64,000 bases of DNA, taken from assembly GCA_001949185.1 (NCBI GenBank), contig BDGG01000002.1, positions 4,392,448-4,456,447 of the forward strand, in the 5' to 3' direction. This DNA comes from Ramazzottius varieornatus (Eukaryota > Animalia > Tardigrada). Positions within the stretch are counted from its first letter, which is position 1, and every line of letters begins with the position of its first letter. Shown piece by piece: positions 34,701 through 55,842 of this stretch. Below the pieces are notes generated by a model. The model was not told where the DNA came from. It ran no database searches and was given only the letters and a program-made list of their open reading frames with translations. The position numbers were made by a program, and so were the translations under genes.

Positions 34701-37700
34701 GTGCGAGAGCGGAAAAGCGAAATTTGGGAATCCGGAACAAGGAGGTGTAGAGCGTGTCCCAAACAATTAATCATCTGATTAACTTTGTGATGCCGGTACA
34801 TTACGGTAGCTGGCCACCTTTAAGAGAGCGGTTCTCACAGTGGGCGGAGATGGGAATCGAATATGAAATTGCACTTTCCACCCGCAGCACTATAATTTCA
34901 TCCATGAGGATGATGACCAATTGTCTGTTGTTTGCTTTGCAGAGGGTCACCCGGACATATTGATCAAATGTTTACGACACTCGCCACCTATTCAACGTCG
35001 ACACTGGATGGGCATTCAATTTACGGGAGCTGCATTCATAACCCAGTTCCCCCATGACCGAACGGTGGAAGTCAACGTCACGCAGTCCGTGCTCCAACAC
35101 GTGGACATTTTCTATGCGGGTACGCAACCTCGACTAAAAATACAAAATACAAAAATACGAATATACAAGGACAGAAAAGTTTGGAGCTCCGAAGTAATGC
35201 CATTGCTAAGGATAAAACTCTCCGGACCGAAAGTGCGAAAGTACAGAATCACAAAAATCCAAATTCAAGTACGAAAATAGTCTGTCAAGTCAGGTGAAGT
35301 TTTACAGTACCTAGGGATGAAAGTACAGAAGCACACAATTACGAACAAAGCTTTCTGGTGGTAGACATGAAACGGAAATCGAATTAGCGCATTTTTCAGA
35401 ATTTTAACTTTTAAAATCGAATTTACGACTTAGTTAAGAGAATGTGGTTCCATTCAGGGCGTACACTATGGGATTTGAAGTGGGTTAATCTGCAATTTAA
35501 GCTTTCTTGTCTTTGCAGGCTCTGGGGTAGACGGGAAGCCGACGTCGGCCATTGAGGCGGCTGGAGCTCCGCCGATTGTGAGAAATTGCTCCGTTCAATT
35601 CTCGGCCTTCAATGGACTCAATTTTACCCATACGACGGGAGCGGCGCAGATTTTAGAGTCGTCATTCAGATGGAACAAAGGTTCGCGCTTGAGAAAGCTG
35701 TTTACATCTAAACAATCATCCAAAGGTATTGCTCGCACATAGGTCACGGGGTTTCCATCAACTCCACAGAAGGCAACGTTACTTTGCGGCACGTCGTCGC
35801 GGAATTCAATTCAAACGATGGAATTCATTACGTCCACAATGACACCTTTCTCCATCTTCCGGACACGTTCTGTACCCGGGCACAGCTTGGCCGTAGTCAA
35901 TCTTATCCAATCTATCTGAGCGGTTATCATTGGAAGAAAGATTACTCGTCAAAAGGAGAAGACTGTACACAAGTTAGTGTCCATCTCTTATTGATGAATG
36001 ATTAATCGCTGCTGGGAATAATTTAATTGTTTCGTTTTGATAATATTTTCGTCCGATGTAAAAATACAAAGGTGTAAAAATGCTCGAAAAATTCGGGATA
36101 GAAGAAATAATTACGAGCTTACATCGATCTTTATTTTCATTACTTCGTAGAAATTTTACGTGAACGACGGTTACCTGCTGACCATCCACTTCGTCCTGCT
36201 GGAAGCTTCCGACTTATCCAGTGGGACATTAGAGATACGAGATGGAGCGGAAAGCACGTCTCCATTGTTGGCGATTCTTCCTATTTCCAATGGGACGCGT
36301 CCCGAAAGCCTGAATACAAATGGAAATCGAGTGTGGATTCGCTTCCGAGCAGCGTCCCGTCGCTATGTCCGTTTCGTTATCAAGATCACAGCGGGGACAC
36401 ACCGTCATTACGATCTAAACATCTCCAACAGCGTCATCCTCGGTAACGGTGGACGTGGCATCGCAGTGTCCAACTTGCGCAGCGGCGTTCACATCGATAA
36501 CACCATCGTCCGTGAAAGTGCCTACCTGGCCGGCGTCCATATTTCCGGTGGTGTGGGGGATGTGAACATTACTCGGTCAGTCATCACGAAGAACCATGGA
36601 GATGGAGTGAATATTACGTACGTTGGAGGACGACGGAACATTACCATGTCCAAGATAACGGAAAACCACAAAAGAGGCCTTGCCATCTCGTTCAACGAGA
36701 CACGCCCATACCGCTCATGCAATCAAGATACGCAAATAGTCGACAGTTTCATCGAACAGAACTTGCTGGGTGGAATCCTCTTCGGTAACTTCTGCTCCTT
36801 CGACAGTATGCTGAACATCACCAATACTTCCTTCGTGGGAAACCAAGGCATAGCTGTTGATATTTGGTCCTGTCTTTCTTCGAACGGATCCTTCAAAGAG
36901 CCGGATGGCTTTGTGGTACCTGTCAGGTGGAACTTGCCGCCAACTACCATCGAGCACACCAGACCAAACGGACGTGGTGTACTGAACGTGCTGATGGATC
37001 GGAATAATTTTTTGGATAGTTACTCACTAGGTCTGCGTCTTCGACCAGCAGCCAATGTCTACGGTCGAATCGGAAACAACACGTTCGCTCGACATCAGCG
37101 GGGTGTGATATGGATCCAGAACATGGAGTTCCCGTTCGATGACGAGTGGAGCCACCTGTCGGCGGAGTTAACTATCTCAGAGAATAACTTTCACAACAAT
37201 GAAGGACCTTTTGTGGTTTCTTTGGGCCTTTCAGAAAACTCGCCGTTCCAAAGACTGGACTTCACGTACAACTACTTACGGGACAACGTAATCATTCCAG
37301 CGTCAAAGCACATCCGTCGTCATCGGTCGGAAGGTATCATCATTGCGGGATCGAGTAACGTCTTTGTGAATTTGAACTCCTTGGATAACCCAGCAAGTCC
37401 CATCTGGCTGGCTTGTCATCTAAGACATCCCGGCAGCGTGATCAACGTCACGCACAACTGGTGGGGGACCACCATCGAGCCAGTCATTTACGATCGTGTT
37501 TTTGCTGGGAAGGACAGATATGACTTGGCTTCTGTAGCGTTCCGACCGTACCTCTCCAGATCGGACTTGTTCGATCCGGAAGCCATCGCACCACCGCCGG
37601 AATTCAGGAAACCGTTTGTACGAGGAAATCTGATCGGTGGCCTGTATGGTGATCGGTCTGCGATTCTGAGCGGAGATTACGTTGTAGAGACGGACATCAT

Positions 37701-40700
37701 CATTCAGAGGAACGCAGTGTTGTCAATACGAGCTGGTACGAAGCTTCATTTTGTAGCGGGTATCGGGCTGTTGTGCCAAGGAAAGATCGTGGTGGATGGG
37801 ACTCTCGAGCAACCTGTGGAACTCGATCTCAAAAAGGCCGATGCCTTCATGGGTACGGTTTCATAGCTCGTATTTGTTGTTTGCGTCTATGGGTCTAGTG
37901 TAGCTTTATTCGCTTTACAGGTTTGGCGGGCAACGAAAGCACTGTTCGGCTGGTCAACGGTCCAAATCAGTACGAAGGAAGAGTCGAAGTTTTCGTTGAA
38001 GGACAATGGGGAACAGTGTGCAACGAAATGTGGACTCAGAAAGACGCCGGAGTGGTTTGCCGTCAGTTGGGCATGGCGCACGCACCTGAAGACTTTATGT
38101 TCGGCCTCCTCCATTACGGACCAGGAACGGGACCTATTCTGATGAGCAACGTCAACTGTGACGACTGGGATTGGGACCTCGCACATTGTCCGCACGACCC
38201 ACTCACCGAACATACGTGTGCGCATCTGCAAGACATCGGAGTCAAATGCCGAGCACCTGGGTGGGCGGGTATGCGGCTCCCTATCACAGCTGAGCAGAGC
38301 ATCATCGATCATACAGTGTTCCGAGAAGCCGGTGTGCTGGATTTGGACACCCAGTCCATGTCTTCGGCTTTACAGGTCGACTTTAACGTCAACCATCGCA
38401 TCAAAAACTGTGTGTTTGAAGAGAACGCCAATGCGGGGCTGGTTATCATCAATAATCACCTGCAGTCGGGCGAGAACTACCTGCAGGGTCCGCGCTTCCG
38501 AAGGAATGCTGGTTCGGGCTTGGTCATCCGCAGTCCGGGCCTAAGTGTTATTGACGGGGAGTTCGCGCAAAATGGGAGAGCGGCTTTTTTGTACGATCCG
38601 ACAATTAGCAGATATCAACAGCGTGAGATCACGGCCTACCTGAACCCGACGAAGCGAAACCCATGGCATACCTACGTCATCCCGACGCAGGGGACTCAGT
38701 TGGATGTCAGGATGGAGAGCAACCAGGAAGTGCTGCTGATGAGTACCGGCAGGCCTCATGAGACCAATGGGACGGTGATGGTCAGTATTACTATGAAAGA
38801 TCTGTCGTACGTTATGGGCATCCAAGTACTCAATGCCCCTACTCGCTTCACCACAGGTATCGAGAATTGCTGCATCATACGCAATGCCTTAGGATGTTAT
38901 TATAATTGTAGTTTTTACAGAGACGATGAAGATCTATAACGGGGATAAGAAGGCTCTCGACATCGAAACGTGGCTGGTCGATGAGCGCGTGGCGCACTTC
39001 CCGGTAACGTCAGTTTCCTACCGCATTGCCATCGAGTTCTACAGCGGACCGCGTCCAGCCGGTAACATCATGATCCTACTGAGTCCTATGAAACGCAACG
39101 ACGATCAGGCCTTGCGCCAGTTCGTAACCAGCCTGGAGAACTGTCGGTTCATCAAGAACAAGCGCGCCATGGAAGTGGTTCATTACGACCTGCTGGACCA
39201 GCATGAAAATCCGCACGACATATTCCGGCGCTTCAACAATGAAACGATTCGGATTCTCAGATCCGCGATTGACAGCTCGGTAGAAGAAGGATTGAAAGTT
39301 ACAAACTATCAGCCAGTGATAAATGCTTATCGGTCCATCGACAGCCCGGATTACTTCAGCCTAAAATCGCTTTCACAAATATCGTACGTGGTCAGCGAAA
39401 CGACTTTTAGCAAGAATGGCGCGGGAATCATTCAAGTCAAGGACGGTAAAAACGTCTCACTCAATAGCCATTCACTCAATATCATCCGTATCGCTTTGTG
39501 TATTTCGCCAGTAACCATCCAGCATGTGTCAGAGCTGCCCTTTCTCTACGATTGTTCGTTGAAGTGAAATTTTATTCACAGGTTTTCTGAACGTCGAGGC
39601 ATCCGGAAACATTTACCACTGGACAATCACAAAGTCCGCCATCATGGATTCTACCGGACCAGCGATCGTACTCGACTTCCCCATAAGCCTTGGAAAAAGA
39701 AGTTACGCCATGTGGGATAAGCGTTACATGCGAGCAGAGTCGGTCCGGCTGGAATACGAGAAGGCTCTGGAGAACTACTGGAACCAGGCCTTCGAAGGTT
39801 TGCTGTATGGTCGCTACGACCAGCAGTGGGTGGAAAGTGAGCACCTACGCCGACTTGGGTACCAGCCGTTCCATCCTTCAACGGAAAACTTGGGACCGTA
39901 TGCTGTCCACAACCTGAAAGCCTGGAACAATGTTGTTCGGAATAACCGCAACACGTTCCTGAAGGTCGACGGCGACTTCCTGCGCATGGAATTCGCAAAC
40001 AACAGCATCGTGAATAACCTCTGTCCGCCCTCCTTCGGTCTTTTCCAAGTTAGCGGAACCGAAAAAGAGCTGGATATCAGTGACAACGCTTTCGCGGAGA
40101 ACTCTTGCAAGTTCGTCATCGAAATCGCCATCACAAGTCATACCGGAAGTACGGGACGTGTACCGGCAAACCTCGTTCGAAACGATATTCGAGGTAACAT
40201 TCTCCCTGACAGGAAACATAAGCGTAAACGGCTGTATTGGATCAAACAACGGAAAAGTTGATAATTTGGTATCAGTTACACTACTTCTCTTTTAGGCAAC
40301 ATGCAGAATGGCCCACCAGCGCTCGGAGTACCCAATACCGATCCCGTCAGTTATGCCGTGGCCGTGAAGGGCCTTCAACGAATTAACATGACTTCTAACC
40401 TACTCTCCAATCCCAGCATGGAATACGAATTTGTTTCCGGGCTAAAGACCGAGCGACTGAATATGCAACTTGAGGTTCAGCATAACTGGTGGGGCTCGAC
40501 TAATACTACAGCCATCCGAAGCAGGATCTTCGACTTTGACGACTGGAACTGCTACGCTTACGCCCAGTTCGTCCCTTTCCTCAGCGCTCCCGACTTGTCC
40601 GCATTTCTCACTGTTCCCGACACGAATGCTCAAATGCTTCCGCCCGAGCAGATTTCGGTGCTTGGAGGTCGCTTGACAAATTCGATGATTCTTCGAAAGC

Positions 40701-43700
40701 GATCGCAGCCTTACATCATTAACAGAGACCTTACAATCATGCCGGAGGCTACTCTGACCGTTGAAGCGGGAGCCAAGCTGTCATTCTTCCCCAACGTGGG
40801 CATCCTGGTCCTTGGAAACCTGGTGGCGGTTGGCCGCGATAGCGACCGAATTGTCTTTGGACCAATAACAAGGTCTTCTGCTCAGCGCGCCATCTTCCCC
40901 GTAACACTCTCCCAGATCAAGCCAGCATCGGACATCGGGAACGCACGACTTTATGGAGGAAAAAGTCACACCGAAGGTAAGAACACGTTTATGGCTAACT
41001 TAGACAATCAAACCAATCAATGGTCTCGGCAAAGTTACGTTCTTTTCTGTGCACCAGTCGGTTTTATTTCTTCATTATGCTCAACCAACTGCCTAAAGCA
41101 TGTCTTCTTCCGGTCCGTTTTGCTGCAGGATATCTCGAACTATTCAACAGTACTACCAACCAATGGGTACCCATATGGCATCCGGACTTCAGCGTTCAAG
41201 ACGCCAAGGTTGTTTGTCGGCACCTGAATCAACCTACGGATGATCCTCAAATATGGCGAGGTGGCCGCGTGGAAAACTTCCGCTATGTCAGGACCTGGAT
41301 GCGCCCGTTCTACTGCCTAGGAAGCGAAGCTACGGTTCATGAGTGTGCTTTGCCCCTTCTCCAACCGCACCTGTACCAGACTGAAGCACAGGAGATGGAG
41401 AACTCGTATATATTTGTTCGATGTCAAGGCCGGGTACTTCCGGTTGACGTGGAGCACTGGGGCGGCATTCGGTTCGCTAGACCAGACTACGAGTACGAAG
41501 AATCGCACTTGAGCGACGACGACAAGTCTGTGTTGGAAGAAGTCGACATAATCGGTGCTGGAATGCTGCACGGTAAATGAACGAAGAATTCCTTAATCAC
41601 AAGCATTCAGAATATCACACACTTAGACTTTGATATGTTTTACAGGTATGCGAGCAAGCGGCGCGGTGGAGATTACCAACAGGAACCCAAGAATCGAAGG
41701 AGTCAAAATAACCCAGTCAGCTTCTAATGGCGCAGTTGTGATAAATCCTTCCGCCAACCTGAACCTGCATCACTTTCATGCTGCAAAGAGCGCCCTGACC
41801 GGTGTCACCATCTTGCTCCTACGGGGCGACCTGAAAGGTGGTTCCACACAGTCGACATTCGAACCTATCAAGAATCAACCGCATACTCCACTGGGCTCGC
41901 TTCCGCCTTTGACTGCTCAGTTCATGAGTGGCATCTCCTTGAGCTCGAGCATGTTTAGCATCGTCGATATCTGCAGTCCCGACAAAGTGGTCGCAGTGAG
42001 AAAGCGCTTGCTGGTCCTCTTCCGGTATGACCCTCTATCGGTGAGGAAAGACTGTGTCAAGATCTTCCAGTTCGCTAGCATGAGGGTGTTGAACCGTATG
42101 CCCGATTTACCGGCGTCAAAGATCGGTTTTCGGTTGCTGGAATGGAATATGTACGAGTCGGAGTACTTACCCAACAGCGACTTCTTGGAACTGTTTGAAG
42201 GTAACAACATCCCCACTTCGATTTGTCGATAATAGTACAGGTTCTCACATTCTGGCCTTCTCAGGAAATGTTTACAACCAGACGGACTATCGATTCTTGG
42301 CGCGAATCAATGCTACAAAGAACACCCGTCAAACCTTCGAAAGTCAGAAAGATTCACTAACAGTCCATCTCTCAGCCACCGTGGCTCCTGACTTTTCTAC
42401 ACACGGTTTCATTGCCGAAGTTGTAACTCTACCTCCAGCCTACGTTGGCTTTAGCCGGGAAGCCAGACTTAACATCACGTCGTCCACATTCATAGAGAAC
42501 CGTCGTGGAGGACTACAGCTTCACACCACCGGTGAATTCAACCCAATCATCGCGGTGGAGCGGTGCATCTTTGAGTCCAACGGAGAGAAAGTCTTCCACA
42601 ACTTCTCTACGTCCTACCAGGCAGCTCTAATTAATGTCCAAAACACACCACAAATCGAATTTCACAACAACTACTTCAAAGCCAACCAAGGAGGTCTTCA
42701 AGTGACAGCTGGTTCCCTGACTGCCGCCACTCGTACCCATATTATAGTCCGCGCAAACATCTTCCACGCGAACCGACTTGCCTCTGCGCTGTCAATCACG
42801 GGCGGTACTTCCAGTCTTCAAGAAGCTACTGTTCATCGAAACATCTTTTTCGACAACACCGCACAGTTCACCGACACTATCGTGCTTGGAAAAATTCTCG
42901 CAAACTTCTCGGAGAATCAGGTATGCTGTGTCATACAAGCAGAGATATTCGAGAAAAAACTGGCAGTAAGCTGCATGATGAACCTTGTTGCCTTCTACAG
43001 TACGCGTATATCTTTTGTCACTATCGATACTTGCTTATGCCGACAACATTTTTGGTCACTGAAATTTTTCTACAGGTTCTCTACAATGTTGGAAGGTACA
43101 ACTTGCTTCTGGACGGATTTCGGCAAGCGAGAAGGGCCGAGTACCAAACCGTCATAAGGAACAACTTCATAAGAAACAGAGCGTACGGAAGACCAGAACT
43201 AGACCTCCTGGATTACCGGGCTCAAGACCGAACCGTCATGTATGCCACCGGAAGTGGACAGTTGATCACGGGAAACTTGCTGAATAACCCTGATAGCGAC
43301 TTCGACCTTCACGTCACGAACCAAACGGAATTATTCCCCGTGGACCCGGGTGTGATCAATGCGCCTATCAACTACTGGGGCTCCCCGGTGGAAGCCGGTG
43401 TTGCTGGAAGAATCCGTGATAAGCAAGACAGCCGATGGTTTTACGAAGTGGTTTACAAACCATTCCATTCGTCAAACACCAGTCTGATGGACGGGAAATG
43501 CTTTCCGGGATTCGGCCTCCTGCAGGATTCGTGTTATATATTCATCGGTGAGTGACATACAGTATTGGTACGAATTTATCTTGGAAAATGTTAACAGTGT
43601 TCGATCACCTCGACCGCCACGTTGAAACTGTAAAAATTGCGGAATAGTCTGTAATCTAAAGCGTTAATAGTAATAGTGTTCTTTCCTGTGCCGGAATAAG

Positions 43701-44664
43701 ATTTTTCCTGTTCGCAGGGGGCGTTGCGACCTTTTCTGATGCGATGTTATTCTGCAAGCTCATCAACGCTTCATTACCTTATGCTGACAAGATGGAGTTT
43801 GCGCTCTCACGATTCGTCCACGACCGGCAGCGGAACTTTGATTGGAGACGGGACAGCGTCTGGGTCCAAAGCCATGCCGTCCGGGTAGACCAATGTGTAG
43901 CGTTGAGGAACCAGCGGCTGGTGAAGACCATCGACTGCAACGAACCCAGACCATTCATATGTGAGCGCGACCCTGCTTTCATCGTGGTCGCCCGTTCGTG
44001 GCACACCCAACTGGCCTACGCGATCGCCGTCCTCATAGCCGCAATTGCTTTGCTGGTCATCCTACTGCTGGTTTGCTGTTGGGCTCAGAAGTCCAAACAA
44101 CGTCAGAAGGAGGCTTTGAGAAGACGAGACAGTATCCGAGAGTCCATACGCATAAGCAGGACCAGCCTGGCATTCAACTCAACTCACAACTTGAATGGCG
44201 GACTGAGCAAGTCGAAGTCTGACTTGAACCAGGTCCTACCCTCTGCCATTAGCCTACATCCGGAGCCGCGCTGGGAAGAGAACGGAAGTATCGCAAAGAC
44301 CTCTCGAACGTTCAACTCATCTGTAGAATTTAGTCCGGATTACGACTTTTTCGAAGCTCGGAATGATGCGATCATATTCGATCCGTACTTCCAGAACGTT
44401 AGAAGGCCCATGAAGTCGCACATTACACCGTCCGACTTGACGTTCAACAACGTGGCGTACATCGATAGTTCCAACAGCAGAACAAGTACGAGAACGGATA
44501 CGGCTAGTGATCAGACAAGCACCATCGAAGTAAAACCGGACTTTGTCGTGGCGCAGTCTGACGATGAAGATGACAGTTCCGCTTCGTTCAGGTACCTTCG
44601 AACCGCGCGGGTGCCGGTGTCCGTTGCACCAAGACAGTCGCAGCTCCTCGAAACAGATATGTGA
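31723..44664 (+). CDS. bark: Bark beetle/Anakonda-like tricellular septate-junction transmembrane protein, multi-exon
   Basis: Signal peptide; threefold repeated unit (SPYRVQQSLLIPKGAVLHIEAGVRLEF / YVVETDIIIQRNAVLSIRAGTKLHF / PYIINRDLTIMPEATLTVEAGAKLSF), each followed by an SRCR domain (e.g. VRLVNGPNQYEGRVEVFVEGQWGTVC); beta-helix and CUB-like segments; HNWWG motifs; C-type lectin (C..RPFICERDP); one TM helix; PDZ-binding-like end LLETDM. Confidence 0.9.
33846..34133. mobile_element. Possible degenerate MITE in a bark intron
   Basis: Left agttgatct...ctggtgttttgccagacaaaa versus right-end reverse complement agttgatctg...ctgggttctggccagacaaaa. Confidence 0.45.
34579..34653. repeat. Intronic palindromic element, copy 7
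   Basis: aagatcgctgtcttgagtggcgca ... attggctgaaagcgtgcgtcacttgagaaaacgatctt. Confidence 0.75.
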
Positions 44665-44753
44665 TAGTTCAGATTTCGGTCCTTGATTCGTGTAGTCTAA
44701 AACTGTACACTTGTTACTTGTTGAAATTTTCTTACTCTTCCCCGTGGACCTTA

Positions 44754-44759
44754 AATAAA
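44754..44759 (+). promoter_or_regulatory. Candidate polyadenylation signal of bark
   Basis: AATAAA ~90 nt after the stop codon. Confidence 0.5.
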
Positions 44760-45206
44760 CCAGAGGTTCGATTCGTGCGACAAATACCTCAAAACCCAAA
44801 CTTTAAAAAAGCCAGCCATACTTGTGCTTTCTGCAAGTTCTTAACGGCAAGCAGCCATGTGCATGCAGACAGGTATGGGAGGGGAGATTCTTTATCTTTA
44901 GCAGATGGTTAAATAACTGTTATCGTCGAAGATATCAAAATGTCTTCGGAGTTTTACTGGGTTGGTTTCCGAGGAGAAAGATACTGTTACAAAAGGTGGC
45001 CGATAGCCGGCTGACTGTACAATGGAGCTTCGATTTCACGCTTCAACTGTGATGACATCACTACGGTATTTCGAATGTTTTGGCGCAAGGACAAGTTCGT
45101 AAGTAAGGAGACTGTGGGAGGAACTCCTAAGATCCCACTGTAAATAGTAGGACGAACCTCGAAAGACATATTTCATATTATCATGGTGGACTTCCGACAG
45201 AGCCTG

Positions 45207-51839
<6,633 letters not shown>

Positions 51840-52716
51840 GCGCCAGTCTGGTCTTAGTCGGTTCGGGCGTAAAATATTGTTTGACAATATTAGTTCTCGA
51901 AACTTGATTGAAGGTTTATCGGTGACCGATAAGCCCGAATTTCCGCGCGCACTGATAAAGCACGCGGTGGCTCAGCCCTATTATTGCTATCCATTGTCAA
52001 CTTACCAGATTTTCCTTATCACAAATAAGTAAGCACATACCGCGATCGTCCCCATATACCGAGAAAAGTATGTTGCTACTTGTGGTGGGGCATACTTGAG
52101 AAATTCGTGAGGTTCGTTTCTGTTGTTGGAGAAGGTTTAGCCGTGAGTTCTTGGAGCTTAAAATTGTCCGTATACCGTAACTTGGGAGAACGTCAGAGAT
52201 ATTTAGACCCTTTGGTTCGCATGTAGAGTTTCCGCCAAGAGGCAAAGCTTGGATGGGAGACTGGAATTAGCATGCAACAGGTACTGCTGCGTCGATCAAC
52301 ATGCGAAGTTTACCGACATCTCGGTCGTGAAATATCAATTTATATCCTAATCGCTTTTCTTGTGTTTAGGTGAAATGACATTATCGCCGACCCAACATCC
52401 TTACGACGCTATGCGCCGGTGGTCATAGCCTCGTACTTCCATTTCTCATTCGAAGATCCTGACGTAACGACATGAGCCTGGTACTCGAGCGGATCAGACA
52501 GCGATACTAAACTTATTTGTCATCAAGCCCATCTGTCGTGAGAAAAAACTTCCTGCACAATGTAATGACCAGTAAACATTTAAACATTCAAAGTTCAGTG
52601 CCAAACCACGACAGGTAAACCAAAGAAATAACATCGATAGGAACTCTCATTTGCTATGAGTAAATCCTCCACTGAGAACCATTTGTATGTTGTAGGCCAC
52701 TTCCTAAGAGTTCAAG

Positions 52717-55700
52717 ATGGCCCGAATTGCGGTCCAGGAAGAGGACAGCATCAGCTCGGATGATAGCGAGAATCACGGTACAGGATATTGCGGGCTAAGG
52801 GCCCATCCGGAGAACAGAGTTCGTAAGGCCCTCCACGGAGTTCGCCACTTCGCGAATCGCCACATCTACGGGGCAAATCAATCGCCCAAGGAGTTCTTGG
52901 CTTCGTTCTTTCCCATACTTCCGCTGCTGACGCGGTACAAAGCGCGATGGGTCTTCCACGACGCACTGGCTGGTATCATCGTCTCCATGGTCCATCTTCC
53001 GCAAGGTACGGCATCTCCAGTCCACGTAGTGCTCCGAGTTCAATGTGACCATTTTTCCCCTTTGTCTAGCAATGGCGGGAGCCATGACTGCGGTTATGAA
53101 GCCCGAGCACGGCCTGTACATGACAATGATTCCCGCCCTGGCTTACGTCCTTCTGGGTAGCTCGCCGCAAAACTCAGTTGGAGGGATGCCGATTACAGCA
53201 GCCTTGGCGGGAGTAAGCATGGCCCGTATTAGGGAAGTTTACCACCACGATAATTTTACCATCCATTCCGCCGAAGAGATGCTGGACTTGCACTTCCATA
53301 TTGCGGGTGTGGTGACTTTCATTGCCGGAATTCTGCAGGTATGGAGTGAAAGGTACGAGTTTCATCGACTAATGAGAACCTCCATATTGGCTAGAAAACG
53401 CAGGGAAGATTGGGGTCGATTTCGACAAGCTGTTGTTCGTTGTAGATTTTCATGGGGTTCTTCAAGCTAAGTTTTCTGTCGTCAGCGCTGTCCAAAAATG
53501 TTTTGGATCCGTTTTCCCTTGCTTGCTGTCTACAAGCAATCTGTGGACAGATACCGAACATGCTCGGGATAAAGCTGTATCCCTATTGCGGTCTGTACAA
53601 GCATCCTTGGGTAAGGTTTCACGGCAGTATTTTACTTGGAGTACCGTGCCATCCTACAAGTACAACTGGATCCAAACTCTAGCTCGATTTTTCTATAGTT
53701 GATTTCTAGTATGTTCGTCAACCTGCACCAAGTGAATGCTTTCGACGCCCTCATCTCCGCTCTGAGCGCTTCAACCATCCTGGGTTTTCGAGAGTACATT
53801 CAACCAAAACTCTACCGGAGGATCAAACTGGTGGTACCAATCGAGTTTGTGGTGCTCGTTGTGGCGACCATTTTAAGCTATCTGTTGGACTTTCATGGAC
53901 AATTTGGCGTTCGTATCATGAAGAAAGTCCCTACTCAGTAAGTCTCTCCCGGCATATCCGGATCCTACAGTGTCTTACAATACCAGCGGGCGGGCATACT
54001 GTGTATGCTTTTTAGCATTCCATACCCGAAGATGCCGTCCATGGTCTACGTTCCTCACGTTGTTCTGGAAGGATTCATCACAGCGATAGTATCCTTCGCA
54101 CTGACGTTGAGTTCCGCCAAGATCTTGGCCCGCAAAGAAGGCGACCGCATCTCACCGTCGCAAGAGTTGATCGCACTGGGGTCGTCCAATCTGTTAGGCT
54201 CATTTTTCTCATGCTTTGTATCGGCTGCACCCATCGGTCGATCCGTCATCAACCAGTCAATGGGCAGCAAGAGTCAACTGTCATCGCTGTTTGGATGTTT
54301 GTTTATGATCTTCCTGTTTCTGACATGTGGCCAAAGTCTAAAATACCTGCCAATCGTAAGTCTATATTCATCTTCGTGGTGTATATCATACATAGCCCAG
54401 TACATAACCCTAGTCTTTCACCGTAATAATCTCAGGTTGGTCTGTAGTGCGTGGTATCGACGAACATTGTAGTGACCTTACTCATGACGCTCAAGATGTT
54501 CCAAGATGTCCCGACCATTTGGAAGTCTAACCGTCTCGACGCTGTAAGTGATTGATTCCTGATGATAAGCAATCTATCATGACGTCGGTTTTTCCACAGG
54601 TGATATGGGTATCAACATTTGTAAGCTGCATTCTGTTGGATGTGCGCATTGGGCTACTCTCTGCCGTCGGACTCTCCCTGTTTTCCATTGTTTACAAAAG
54701 CCAAAAGTAAGACAAGTTTAACCCATCAGGTCTGGTCCCCATGTAAGCCTGCTATCGTGCCTACTTTTTCACAAGACTGGTCGGATGAATTTTAGGCCAA
54801 AGATCCGAGTAATGGGACGACTGAGAGACTCTGCGACTTTTGTGCCGGTGCGGTACTTTGATGAGGTAAGAGACCGTAGTCTACTTGAAGCAGCATGGCC
54901 GAGAAGCTCGCGCAAATGACCCCCCGGGTCTCTTTCAGGCCGTAGAGGTTCCGGGCGTCAAAGTCCTGCAAATCTCCAGTGCGTTGCATTATGGGAATGC
55001 CGAGTACCTGGTGAAGAGGGCAATCATGCTGGCTTTCAAGACAAACGTCGCACCCATCTATACGCAACAAACACCGGTTGAAGCTGCCCAGGTGGCGCCC
55101 TCACGACTGTCCGCAGTGAGCATCAAACAGCGGCGGGTTTCCTTTGCCGCTAAAGTGATTCAGTCGAGTTCGCAAGTTTTCGGCAAACAGTCTGCCAACA
55201 TCAAGGTACCCGAGTACGAAAAGATCCCGTCTCTGTTTTGGGAAACTTTATGCTGTTGCAGAGAACCCAAAGATCGCGAAACATGGAACTCGATTCGACT
55301 GAACGAAGAAAACCCAGAGACCATCGCCGATCCAGCCAGTTCTTTGTGAAGTTTGACCAGTCAGCCCTCGACGAAAGCATCGCCTTATTTTCATCCATAA
55401 ACAACGTTGTCTACCACGTCGTACTCGACCTAAGTATGGCTGTCTTCGTGGACTCGGTTGGAGTTCGGGGACTAGAACAGCTGGCAAACGATTTGAAAAA
55501 AGTCGAAGTCGAGCTCTTCGTAGTCCAACAGAAAGGTATACGATATGACTGACTGACTCTTATAGCTCGTAAAATAAGTGAACGTTGCGAACTAATGATT
55601 GTTTTGTAGGTTCGCTGAAAAGACAACTTCAGCTTCACAACGTTCTGAAAGTTATACCAGAAACCAACATTTTCTTGAACGTGGAAGCCGCAGTCGTTGA

Positions 55701-55842
55701 AGCGATCAAGAGGAAAGGTCATTTTACGGGCATTTTATCGCCACGACACTCGATTCAAGAATCTCCGGATGACAGATTTTACAGCGAACCCGTCTTTTAC
55801 ATCGAAGGTCTTCCTGGCACCAATGATCCGACGGAAGATTAG
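52717..55842 (+). CDS. SLC26/prestin-like sulfate/anion exchanger with STAS domain, multi-exon
   Basis: FFPILPLLTRY..HDALAGIIVSMVHLPQ|AMAG, GLY, PIEFVVLVVAT, SQELIALGSSNLLGSFF..GRSVINQSMGSKSQLS, STAS LHYGNAEY and VVLDLSMAVFVDSVGV. Confidence 0.92.

Noticed and set aside
35120-35350. tacaaaa/gtacagaa low-complexity repeats extending an ORF in a bark intron
   Set aside because: Intronic low-complexity sequence; the ORF extension is read-through past the splice donor.
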